Below are positions 21,754 to 29,216 of a DNA stretch of 64,000 nt, in pieces. Each line of letters begins with the position of its first letter. The stretch's first letter is position 1. Made by a program: the position numbers and the translations under genes. Location of the stretch: IMG/VR virus record IMGVR_UViG_3300047510_001751, positions 126,249 through 190,248 of that record; one strand, written 5' to 3'. The stretch is from a virus. Below the pieces are notes generated by a model. It was not told the origin of the DNA and did no database searches. It saw only the letters and a program-made list of their open reading frames with translations.

Positions 21754-22032
21754 TCAATCTTCAGGAAATTCGATAATCTGAAGATCGCCAATCTTCCGTG
21801 CTTTCGCTATCACCGAACCGAGGGAGAATCCCAGGAGATCGGGTGATTTAATGATCTCGGCAAGGTGTACAGCAAAGCGGGATGTAGCGTCGAAAGCGTA
21901 TGCTTTCTCTGTGTTGCTGTGGAAGATGATTTCGACGCAATTCTCGTCGATCTCGATGTTGTAAATTGCCGAGGATTCGTCAATAGTGAAAGTCCGAAAA
22001 ATCGGGGCTTTTGAGATAACGAAGGAAGGCAT
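21754..22032 (-). CDS. KTSC-like small protein
   Basis: ESSAIYNIEID...EIIFHSN...YAF...SLGSVI pattern resembles KTSC; paralogous to 26330..26566. Confidence 0.5.
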   Translation of the reverse strand: MPSFVISKAPIFRTFTIDESSAIYNIEIDENCVEIIFHSNTEKAYAFDATSRFAVHLAEIIKSPDLLGFSLGSVIAKARKIGDLQIIEFPED

Positions 22033-22101
22033 GGTTTCTGTAAAGAATTGGGGTTGGGGTGGGGGGCTGGAGTGCCCCCCGTTGCTCGCTATCCTAGCAC
22101 A

Positions 22102-22398
22102 TCACAGGCGGCTGTTCCGATCCTGTGCCCACATGGCGAGGCGCTTGGTGCTCGCCTTGCTGAACACCCGATCGGTCTGGGTGATGCTGCCGTCGTCGTG
22201 GCTGACACGGTGGCGGTTGGCAGCCTTGGCACACTGCTGGAGGGCACGGCGTCCCTGGGCGTTGGTCTGGGCGAGGTTCAGCAGCAGGGTGGCACGGTGA
22301 GCGCCGATCACCTGGGGGCGGTTGATCAGGATCTGAGCGACTCGCTCGGCGTCACCCATGAAGGCGGCGAAGCGGGAGGAGGGGATGATCTTGAGCAT
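22102..22398 (-). CDS. Early hypothetical protein (basic)
   Basis: MLKIIPSSRFAAF... start downstream of a TATAAT -10 at 22444-22449. Confidence 0.65.
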   Translation of the reverse strand: MLKIIPSSRFAAFMGDAERVAQILINRPQVIGAHRATLLLNLAQTNAQGRRALQQCAKAANRHRVSHDDGSITQTDRVFSKASTKRLAMWAQDRNSRL

Positions 22399-22500
22399 GG
22401 ATCTCGGTGGTAGTGGGGGGCGGTGGTGCCCCCCGATGTCGTAATTATAGCGGATCGGGGGTGGCTGTCGAGGGTCGGCAGCCAGTTCCCGAAGTGGCAC

Positions 22501-22686
22501 TCAGTGGCGGTCGGAGATGTTCCAGGTGCCCCAGCCTCCATGCTGGCGCTCGTGCTCCAGCTGGCGGGTGTCGATCGCTTCGAGGCGCTGGGCGCTGCTG
22601 TACTTTGCCCAGCCTTCGGCGGTCTCGCTAGCGAGGCAGCTGCCGTAGCAGGCGTTCCAGATCAGGTTCGCTTCGTCGATGGTCAT
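22501..22686 (-). CDS. Early hypothetical protein, 61 aa
   Basis: MTIDEANLIWNACYG...; ATG follows the repeated leader CAAGTCAACCACCGACACCGACCG. Confidence 0.65.
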   Translation of the reverse strand: MTIDEANLIWNACYGSCLASETAEGWAKYSSAQRLEAIDTRQLEHERQHGGWGTWNISDRH

Positions 22687-22726
22687 CGGTCGGTGTCGGT
22701 GGTTGACTTGATCAGTATAGTGCCCC

Positions 22727-22903
22727 TCAGGGCATCTGGCAGCTGCCAGGTGTGACAGAATTGTAGGTGGCACAGCGGGCAGCGGTTGCTTGGTTGACCG
22801 CTGCCACGGTGTCAGCAGCGAACCCGATGGCAGCACCGCCCACGGTGGCGATGGGAGCGTAGAAAGCAGCACCGAGGGCGAGGAGGGCGATGGTCTTGAT
22901 CAT
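22727..22903 (-). CDS. Early hydrophobic/signal-peptide-like protein, 58 aa (not in track)
   Basis: MIKTIALLALGAAFYAPIATVGGAAIGFAADTVAAVNQATAARCATYNSVTPGSCQMP, behind a repeated promoter-leader. Confidence 0.6.
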   Translation of the reverse strand: MIKTIALLALGAAFYAPIATVGGAAIGFAADTVAAVNQATAARCATYNSVTPGSCQMP

Positions 22904-22966
22904 GGGGTGTCGGTGGTTGACTTGATCAGTATAGCATGGAAAGGGGGCAGATGCCCCCCTGGTGGT

Positions 22967-23242
22967 TCAGAACATCTCCCCGATCGGCATGATGTCGGGG
23001 GTGGGATCGTAACCGTCGAAAATCGCCTTTACGATGTCATCGTAGGATCGCTGGCTGAGAATACCCTCCACAGCGATCTCCTCTGCCCATTCATAGAATC
23101 CACCCGAGAGAAAATCACAGGGGAACAGATACGGATGGGTTTGATCCATCAAGTCTTCGATCTTACCCAGCTCGGTGTTCAGATCGGTGGGGATCTCCCA
23201 AGCTTCGTCGATCTGAACGGTGTCGGTGAAGGCGTAGGTCAT
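22967..23242 (-). CDS. Early acidic hypothetical protein
   Basis: 91-aa ORF behind a repeated promoter-leader. Confidence 0.7.
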   Translation of the reverse strand: MTYAFTDTVQIDEAWEIPTDLNTELGKIEDLMDQTHPYLFPCDFLSGGFYEWAEEIAVEGILSQRSYDDIVKAIFDGYDPTPDIMPIGEMF

Positions 23243-23317
23243 CGGTCGGTGTCGGTGGTTGACTTGTTCAGTATAGGGGCAGGAGAGGGGGGCTGTGTGC
23301 CCCCCGTGTGTAGGTTG

Positions 23318-24046
23318 TCAGGCTGGCACAGCTGCCCGAACCTTGACCTTCTGGACCTTACGATTCGCCCTCGATGCCTTGCCCCACTCGCTGCCAGCGG
23401 GTTGGGTGCCGTGAACCAGCAGAGCGAAGGGACCATCCTCAAAGCAGGAGCGATCCTTTACATCAACCTTGAAACCTGCTGCCATAGCGTCATCCTCAGT
23501 CATGAACACTTTAGCATAACGAGGGAACACACCTTCGTCGATGAGATAATCAAACTTGCCACCATAGCTGGCGGTGAAGTAGAAATTATCTGGCAGGTTG
23601 AGTCCTACAAACAGGGGCAGATTCTTGCTGTAGCAGTAGAACTTGATCGAAGGATTAGCGTGAGCAACCAACAACCAAGCGAGCAAATACTCAGCAGAGA
23701 AGAAGTCACCACTCTCGTGAATCCTCACTTTAGTGATAGATTTAGTGAGATTCTGGCGGAGTTCGGTGTTGATGAGACCAGCACAGTTACCCTCCTTGAG
23801 AGCTTCACGGATCGCCTGAAGGTTACGCTGGCGGGATTCATAAACTTTCGTGTACTGTACTTCACTGCTAGCAGCAAAACAGCGAAACTCAGTTTGAGGA
23901 CCATCCCAGATCTTGCGTTTGCCGTTAGAATCAATCCGAACCATAGAGAGGCACTGATTAGCACCTGGGCAGGTTGTGCCTGCTGGCAGGTTGAAAATCA
24001 GGGTGTGCTTGTCGAGCTTGTCGTTGCCTTTAGAGAAGCTGAGCAT
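23318..24046 (-). CDS. GP88-family protein
   Basis: FNLPAG-x-TCPGA, CFA, RIHESGDFF, FYCYSK motifs typical of phage gene product 88. Confidence 0.75.
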   Translation of the reverse strand: MLSFSKGNDKLDKHTLIFNLPAGTTCPGANQCLSMVRIDSNGKRKIWDGPQTEFRCFAASSEVQYTKVYESRQRNLQAIREALKEGNCAGLINTELRQNLTKSITKVRIHESGDFFSAEYLLAWLLVAHANPSIKFYCYSKNLPLFVGLNLPDNFYFTASYGGKFDYLIDEGVFPRYAKVFMTEDDAMAAGFKVDVKDRSCFEDGPFALLVHGTQPAGSEWGKASRANRKVQKVKVRAAVPA

Positions 24047-24133
24047 CGGTCGTCTGTGGTTGACTTGTTCAGTATAGGGGGCAGGTGGTGCCCCCTGGTG
24101 GTGCTGGTGGACAGTGCCCCAACTGGCACAGGG

Positions 24134-24325
24134 TCAGAAGTCTACTGCCCAGTGTGGGTCATTCTTTATATCAACCCAGAAGAAGTTTTTCCCATTGTGA
24201 GAACGAAGGAACACACGGTTCTCTTTAATTTGCTCCACAATACACTCTGGGTTGTTGTTCATCAGGTTAGCGAATCTGTTCTTCGCTTTGTTAGATTTAG
24301 GAGTGACAAAAGCGAGGTCAAACAT
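24134..24325 (-). CDS. Hypothetical protein
   Basis: VTPKSNKAKNRFANLM...FWVD...DPHW, 63 aa. Confidence 0.7.
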   Translation of the reverse strand: MFDLAFVTPKSNKAKNRFANLMNNNPECIVEQIKENRVFLRSHNGKNFFWVDIKNDPHWAVDF

Positions 24326-24334
24326 GTTAGAAAC

Positions 24335-24514
24335 TCACAGAACGTAGTAACCTTGAGCAGCAAACAGTTGGGGTTGATTCTGTTGCCAACCCACCAGCAT
24401 CTGCTGGAGTTGTTGATCAGAATAGTTGTTCACCCAGAGATACTCAGCGGTGGGTTGAGTGTTCACAATCCGAAGGAAATTAACGATGGTTTGAATAGCT
24501 TTGAGGCGATTCAC
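24335..24514 (-). CDS. Hypothetical protein, GTG start, 59 aa (not in track)
   Basis: VNRLKAIQTIVNFLR...AQGYYVL directly downstream of the -10 at 24537-24542. Confidence 0.5.
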   Translation of the reverse strand: MNRLKAIQTIVNFLRIVNTQPTAEYLWVNNYSDQQLQQMLVGWQQNQPQLFAAQGYYVL

Positions 24515-24549
24515 GTTGTTTGTTTCAACTGAGGTCAGTATGGCACCCC

Positions 24550-24807
24550 CTAGGCACGTTTGGGGGTGTTAGTGGACAGTTCAGAAAGTGTCACATCACA
24601 TACCCAATAGTACGCTTTCTCTGTGCTAGAACTCACAAACAGCAGAAACTGTTGGGTATATTTTAGGAGGGTTTCTCGCCCACCTGAATTATACCAATCG
24701 CTGACACGGTTAGCAACAAACAATGTCACACCTACGATGATAGCAACCACTGTTGCTAGATTATACATCAGGGTGGACACGAAAGACTTCACAAACTCGT
24801 TGTTCAT
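24550..24807 (-). CDS. Membrane-anchored hypothetical protein
   Basis: 85 aa with a hydrophobic N-terminal segment; TTGACT-N17-TATGCT promoter upstream. Confidence 0.6.
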   Translation of the reverse strand: MNNEFVKSFVSTLMYNLATVVAIIVGVTLFVANRVSDWYNSGGRETLLKYTQQFLLFVSSSTEKAYYWVCDVTLSELSTNTPKRA

Positions 24808-24863
24808 GGTTGTTGTTAAGAATTGTTTGGTGGGTTGAGTATATTTCCCTCAACCACACACCA

Positions 24864-24958
24864 AGCATAGCAACAACAACCCCACCAGTCAAGGGGCAGT
24901 GGACACTAGACAAACTGGCACACAACCCCTTGACAAACACTAAAATACCCTCTAGATT
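24864..24958. promoter_or_regulatory. Divergent sigma70-like promoter pair sharing one palindromic operator
   Basis: Minus: TTGACT (24887-92)-N17-TATGCT (24864-69). Operator 24899-24922. Plus: TTGACA (24930-35)-N17-TAGATT (24953-58). Confidence 0.7.
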
Positions 24959-24980
24959 GTAGTCTAGAGGGTATAATATA

Positions 24981-25109
24981 CTACTCTTGAGTAGTATAAT
25001 CTATATCTACTACTATACTATAATCATCATACTCTAATTCTTTATTCTTTATATCATATTCTTCTAATTCATTCTTTATATAATCTTGAAAGGTTAATGT
25101 ATTAGACAT
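24981..25109 (-). CDS. Small acidic protein, 42 aa (not in track)
   Basis: MSNTLTFQDYIKNELEEYDIKNKELEYDDYSIVVDIDYTTQE; very AT-rich. Confidence 0.4.
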   Translation of the reverse strand: MSNTLTFQDYIKNELEEYDIKNKELEYDDYSIVVDIDYTTQE

Positions 25110-25154
25110 ATGATTAAAGATTAAAGTTTAATTTTGAAATTATCTTAAAATTGA

Positions 25155-25203
25155 AAAAAGTGAAAAATCTTAATTATTGAGTTTTTAAGATTTTTCACTT
25201 TTT
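25155..25203 (-). terminator. 19-bp perfect AT-rich inverted repeat (terminator/attenuator-like)
   Basis: AAAAAGTGAAAAATCTTAA (25155-73) / TTAAGATTTTTCACTTTTT (25185-203), 11-nt loop. Confidence 0.6.
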
Positions 25204-25210
25204 GGGATTC

Positions 25211-25387
25211 TCAACTTTCCAGCAATTCTGGATAATAGTCCTCCACCTCAGTCATCAGCTCTTCATCACTATACTTATCATAACCTTCATCAAGATAATC
25301 ATAACACAGTTGTGTCATAGTCTTGAGATCCATGTCATCAATCAGTTGTTGAATGAATTGATCTTGAAGTTCAGAACGATTAGTCAT
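25211..25387 (-). CDS. Small acidic protein, 58 aa (not in track)
   Basis: MTNRSELQDQFIQQLIDDMDLKT...EVEDYYPELLES; ATGA-coupled to the upstream ORF. Confidence 0.65.
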   Translation of the reverse strand: MTNRSELQDQFIQQLIDDMDLKTMTQLCYDYLDEGYDKYSDEELMTEVEDYYPELLES

Positions 25388-25512
25388 TTCCGAAGGGGGG
25401 AGTTGTTGTAACGTCGAAAGGCAGTGGTGATGATTAGAAGGGTGCTCAGCACCCCCACAAATCCTAGAACAGTGATAGCATCACCTTGAAAACCGAGTGT
25501 GTCAACAGTCAT
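25384..25512 (-). CDS. Small membrane protein, 42 aa (not in track)
   Basis: MTVDTLGFQGDAITVLGFVGVLSTLLIITTAFRRYNNSPLRK; overlaps both neighbours at start/stop. Confidence 0.6.
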   Translation of the reverse strand: MTVDTLGFQGDAITVLGFVGVLSTLLIITTAFRRYNNSPLRK

Positions 25513-25679
25513 CATACATCATAGCAAAGGTACTGAGCCATTTCATCCTTGTAAGAGTCAATCTCATCATCATTCAACCAAGGCATAGTCAACACAAAAT
25601 TGAAGTGTTCAACCATCCAAGCATTGAGTGTCATGTGTTCATCATGACGGCTGATGATGTTGCTGTTGAAGTAATCCAT
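25512..25679 (-). CDS. Small acidic protein, 55 aa (not in track)
   Basis: MDYFNSNIISRHDEH...; directly behind TTGACA-N17-TATTCT (25727-32/25704-09). Confidence 0.55.
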   Translation of the reverse strand: MDYFNSNIISRHDEHMTLNAWMVEHFNFVLTMPWLNDDEIDSYKDEMAQYLCYDV

Positions 25680-25750
25680 GGTGGATCTCTCAGGAACAAA
25701 TTAAGAATAACATGGGTGGGGGCTGGTGTCAACCCCCTTGTGCCACTTAA

Positions 25751-25930
25751 TCAGATGGCACTCGTGCCCTTGCTCACCCACAGGGCAAGCCTCATGGTGC
25801 TAGCCTTGCCCACCTGCTCCTTGCTACGACCCGCTGCCATAGCAGCAGTCCGAAGGGCGGGACGACCCGAATCGGTCTTGGTGGCGGTCAGCACGTTACG
25901 AGCGGCTTGGAGCAGTTGCTGTTGGGTCAT
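25751..25930 (-). CDS. Early basic hypothetical protein
   Basis: MTQQQLLQAARNVLTATK...; behind the -10 at 25976-81. Confidence 0.6.
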   Translation of the reverse strand: MTQQQLLQAARNVLTATKTDSGRPALRTAAMAAGRSKEQVGKASTMRLALWVSKGTSAI

Positions 25931-26091
25931 GATCCTCTGGGATAGTGTTGGTCGGGGTGTTCCCCCGATGAACATAGTATGGCACCCACCAGAGCCACCT
26001 GGAAGCCCCTCTGTGCCACCTCTAGAACTGTCACAGTGTCACAGGCTCAAATATTCTGAAGTGTGCTAGGAAGGGCTTCTGGACTAGGTAT

Positions 26092-26116
26092 AAAAAAAGG
26101 GGCTCATTGAGCCCCC
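26092..26116 (-). terminator. Intrinsic terminator
   Basis: GGGGCTCA-A-TGAGCCCC followed by T7. Confidence 0.75.
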
Positions 26117-26125
26117 GAGTATACC

Positions 26126-26290
26126 TTAGTCCCAATCCCCATAGTCATCGTAATCCTTGAATTTAGACTGACGTTTATTCCTTGTTGAATAACGTTTCTG
26201 ATTTTGGACATCATAACCAAAATCTTCAAAGTCTTCTTCAAGGGTCAGATCCTTAACAGAATCTGTGTACTTACGAGTGCTTTTTGCCAT
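26126..26290 (-). CDS. Small charged protein, 54 aa (not in track), late promoter upstream
   Basis: MAKSTRKYTDSVKDLTLEEDFEDFGYD...KFKDYDDYGDWD; ATAAATA near 26320. Confidence 0.6.
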   Translation of the reverse strand: MAKSTRKYTDSVKDLTLEEDFEDFGYDVQNQKRYSTRNKRQSKFKDYDDYGDWD

Positions 26291-26329
26291 TTTTAACTGA
26301 AATTACTCCTGTTTTCGGTTATTTATTGC

Positions 26330-26566
26330 TCAAACGGTCACAATTTGAAGAGTTTGGTCTTCTTTGAGTGCTCGATTGAACAAACGACCCACACTTTGGT
26401 GGTTTTCGATAGCATTTTCCACAGTTTCTACAAAATTACCGTTCATATCACGGTAGTTATAGCTATTACCACTCTTAAATGTAATAGTGACAATGTTATC
26501 ACTATCTACACTAACAGTCTGAATAGCAGTAGAATCAATGTTGTTAATGGTTTTCATGTTTATCAA
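26330..26566 (-). CDS. KTSC-like small protein
   Basis: IDSTAIQTVSV...ITFKSGNSYNY...SVGRLFN resembles the KTSC consensus. Confidence 0.55.
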   Translation of the reverse strand: MINMKTINNIDSTAIQTVSVDSDNIVTITFKSGNSYNYRDMNGNFVETVENAIENHQSVGRLFNRALKEDQTLQIVTV

Positions 26567-26689
26567 TTAAAGGTTAAAGTTTAACTTTGAAGTTTTTGGA
26601 AAATCTCAAAAACCTTAAATTTCAAGTTTTTGAGTTTTTTAAGTTTTTGGGATTTCTCGATTTCTGAGATTTCCGAACTTCATGAATAC

Positions 26690-26748
26690 AGTATAGGGCA
26701 TTTGCCCAGGGTTGTCAAGGGGGCTGTGCCAGTCCCTGAACTGTCCTC
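26690..26748 (-). promoter_or_regulatory. Consensus early promoter TTGACA-N17-TATACT with upstream operator
   Basis: -35 at 26713-18, -10 at 26690-95, operator 26725-26748. Confidence 0.85.
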
Positions 26749-26754
26749 CGAGAC

Positions 26755-27023
26755 TTTTCCACAGGGCTGTGGAAAACTTTGAGTGTCTTAGAGTGGTATC
26801 GGTGATACTGTCAAGCCCCTGTGTGCCACTTTGAGAACTGGCATATTTCGGCTTGACTTTCGAGTGGTGGCGGGCTTAGACAACAACACCTCCGTAGATT
26901 TCCATGCTTTCAGCAACATTTAACGAAAGCATTTGTCAGCGATTCAAAACACTCAACTATGTTTATTTTAACATTTATTAATAACATAGTTTTCCACAGG
27001 TTTTTCCACAGGGTTGTGAAAAA
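26755..27023. other. Cluster of five DnaA boxes with AT-rich core (oriC-like)
   Basis: TTTTCCACA at 26755, 26990, 27002; reverse TGTGGAAAA at 26768; TGTGAAAAA at 27015; AT-rich 26956-26990; intergenic. Confidence 0.7.
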
Positions 27024-27066
27024 CTCAAAGGTATCGTTGACAACAACCTAGTAATATCAATAGTTC

Positions 27067-27549
27067 TCATAATGCGGAAACTAAGAGTGTTTTCTCATTA
27101 ACTTGCTTATACAATTCAATTAAATCATTTTGATACCAGTATCGTTTATCATGATTGCCCATCTGTTCTTTCATTTGAATACGAATCTCTTCCCATTGTT
27201 CAATAGTAGTATTCATATCAACTTCATCAACGTAATTAATTACAAATCCAATAAACTGATGAATATAGTCCATTACATGATGAAAGTCTGTATCTCTCCA
27301 ATACTCACAAAGAATAGTATTAATTGTTTGTGGAGTTTTAAGAAGATCAATAAGATGATAGATCTCAATACGTTCAAACTTATATTGATAGGTAGAAGAA
27401 TACCCATTATCTTCATACCGTTTAACTGTATCTTTCCAATCTTTTAGTTCACGATCATAAAGACGAAAAGGATTGTAGTCTTGATAAGAAAGTTCATTCG
27501 TGATCATTTCCCATTGAGGGAGGCTGAGCCAGATGTTACGACGAGACAT
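27067..27549 (-). CDS. Hypothetical protein
   Basis: 160-aa ORF behind the TATACT -10 at 27573-78 plus operator. Confidence 0.7.
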   Translation of the reverse strand: MSRRNIWLSLPQWEMITNELSYQDYNPFRLYDRELKDWKDTVKRYEDNGYSSTYQYKFERIEIYHLIDLLKTPQTINTILCEYWRDTDFHHVMDYIHQFIGFVINYVDEVDMNTTIEQWEEIRIQMKEQMGNHDKRYWYQNDLIELYKQVNEKTLLVSAL

Positions 27550-27639
27550 GTGAAGTTGTTTGAACTGAAGTTAGTATATGGTGTTTTGTGTGGTGATGGT
27601 GGTCATGTGTGCCAGTTTAGGAAGTGGCTGGTGGTAGTA

Positions 27640-28209
27640 TTATTCCGCTGTTCCTATATTAACATCAAACACTACTACCCAACGAGGTGTAGTAATAGGT
27701 GTAGTCCAATGGAGAATCTTACCTGGGAAGATCATCACATCACCTTCTTTACATTGTGTCGAAGATACAATACCATCAAAGAGAGGATAAGTATTTGATG
27801 AATTGTTTGTTGGTAGGAATTTGGTTGGATTAGGTTCTTCTAGATGTAGGAGATAGATCCCTGTGAAATCTGATTGATAATGCCTATGAGGATTACAGAC
27901 TTCATGGGGATCATAATAATTCCACCAGATAGTTTTTACATTAGATTTGACCAGTTTAACCTTGTTTAGATTAGAATCAAATTCTTGTAGCATCTGGTTA
28001 AATGGATTCCAGATAGCATCAGTTACAAACTCTTTGTGGAATAGATCAAAATTAACTAGACCACTGGTTGTAATACCTGTACCATTAACTTCACCACGAT
28101 GAGCACGTTCTTTATCCTTTTCGAGTTTAGGAAGAAGAATATCTTTGTGTTGTTGGTGATTAGGTACAGATTGATAGAAGAAAAACTCTGGTGTGAATGT
28201 GTGAATCAT
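27640..28209 (-). CDS. 2OG-Fe(II) oxygenase family protein
   Basis: WWNYY...NPHRH...FTGIYLL...EGDVMIFPGKILHWT...RWVVVFD. Confidence 0.8.
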   Translation of the reverse strand: MIHTFTPEFFFYQSVPNHQQHKDILLPKLEKDKERAHRGEVNGTGITTSGLVNFDLFHKEFVTDAIWNPFNQMLQEFDSNLNKVKLVKSNVKTIWWNYYDPHEVCNPHRHYQSDFTGIYLLHLEEPNPTKFLPTNNSSNTYPLFDGIVSSTQCKEGDVMIFPGKILHWTTPITTPRWVVVFDVNIGTAE

Positions 28210-28451
28210 TTTGCTTTTCTTTCTTTGTAATCTTTTTTAAGTTCATGCTCATTGTAATACAAGAACACTTCATCAGGATACTGACCAATCCATTCAATGT
28301 ATTCATCACCAATGGCAATGGCATCATCCATACGATTATCTTCCATGAGTTCTTGGAAGCGATCTTGCATGTATAATAAGATCTGGTCTGATTGCTCAGA
28401 CACAGATTCATATTCTCTTTCTTGAAGTTGTTGTAGTTCGTGTTCGTTCAT
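28206..28451 (-). CDS. Acidic hypothetical protein
   Basis: 81 aa, ATGA-coupled on both sides. Confidence 0.7.
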   Translation of the reverse strand: MNEHELQQLQEREYESVSEQSDQILLYMQDRFQELMEDNRMDDAIAIGDEYIEWIGQYPDEVFLYYNEHELKKDYKERKAK

Positions 28452-28684
28452 ACAATCTCCACGGTAATACGATTTGATAAGTGATCATACGAGACAAACT
28501 TGTATGGTTGAGGGAGAGATTCTTGAATTGCTTTGGCGAAGTCATTTGGAAAATGCCCATGATAACGCCAAAAGAGATTAGCTTCTCTTAACGAGAGGGA
28601 TTCTTTAGGTGATGGTCTGTAGGTGGACTCATCTAATTGTGTCAGACAAAGAAGTTGCTTGACATGATCTGCTACGATGTTCAT
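28448..28684 (-). CDS. Hypothetical protein
   Basis: 78 aa, ATGA-coupled. Confidence 0.7.
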   Translation of the reverse strand: MNIVADHVKQLLCLTQLDESTYRPSPKESLSLREANLFWRYHGHFPNDFAKAIQESLPQPYKFVSYDHLSNRITVEIV

Positions 28685-28899
28685 TTGACGTACATGGCTT
28701 TAGTGTTTGCTTGAAGAAAATCAACTGCTGCTTTGAACAGGTCATAATCATTAGGCAGGAGTTCCATCCAGTCAATTAAATCAAATGAATCCCAGTCTAC
28801 TGTACCATCTGGATTCATGTCACAAATAACTGGTGTACCCATTTGATCAATCATAATAGCTTGACCATTAATTACGAAATACATTTCGTCGTGTTCCAT
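28681..28899 (-). CDS. Hypothetical protein
   Basis: 72 aa behind TTGACA (28947-52)-N17-TACACT (28924-29). Confidence 0.7.
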   Translation of the reverse strand: MEHDEMYFVINGQAIMIDQMGTPVICDMNPDGTVDWDSFDLIDWMELLPNDYDLFKAAVDFLQANTKAMYVK

Positions 28900-28955
28900 G
28901 TTCCTCCGTTGTTGTGTGATGATAGTGTAGCAGGGTTTCAGGCAGGTGTCAAGCG

Positions 28956-29216
28956 TTATGCTTCATACTCTTTGATGACCACATTCTTTTGTGCTGGATA
29001 CATTTCTTGTTTGTGTAGCACAAAATCAATAAACTTCTCCACACGATCCAAACAGGTATCATGTGATTGCATCATCATTTCTTGTGAATACATCAATGGA
29101 AGAATTAGATCTTTGTTACAATCAATCCAAATACCGAGTCGTTTGATCTGAGCATGATACCAAAACACATTCGATTGACCCAAAAGTGATGGACGTTGCT
29201 GAATTCTCAGTTTCAT
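28956..29216 (-). CDS. Hypothetical protein
   Basis: 86 aa, ATGA-coupled. Confidence 0.6.
   Translation of the reverse strand: MKLRIQQRPSLLGQSNVFWYHAQIKRLGIWIDCNKDLILPLMYSQEMMMQSHDTCLDRVEKFIDFVLHKQEMYPAQKNVVIKEYEA

Noticed and set aside
22681-24077. Repeated 30-40 bp sequences as CRISPR repeats or att sites
   Set aside because: They are separated by whole ORFs of 200-800 bp and each contains a -10 box and leads to an ATG; they are promoter-leader repeats. No integrase is visible.
22790-24532. 580-aa plus-strand ORF, plus other plus-strand ORFs such as 22048..22413, 25497..26069, 35430..35960, 51396..52133 and 52187..53029
   Set aside because: Antisense shadows of GC-rich minus-strand genes: they cross several real genes and promoters, show no recognisable motifs, and are expected where biased codon usage suppresses opposite-strand stops.
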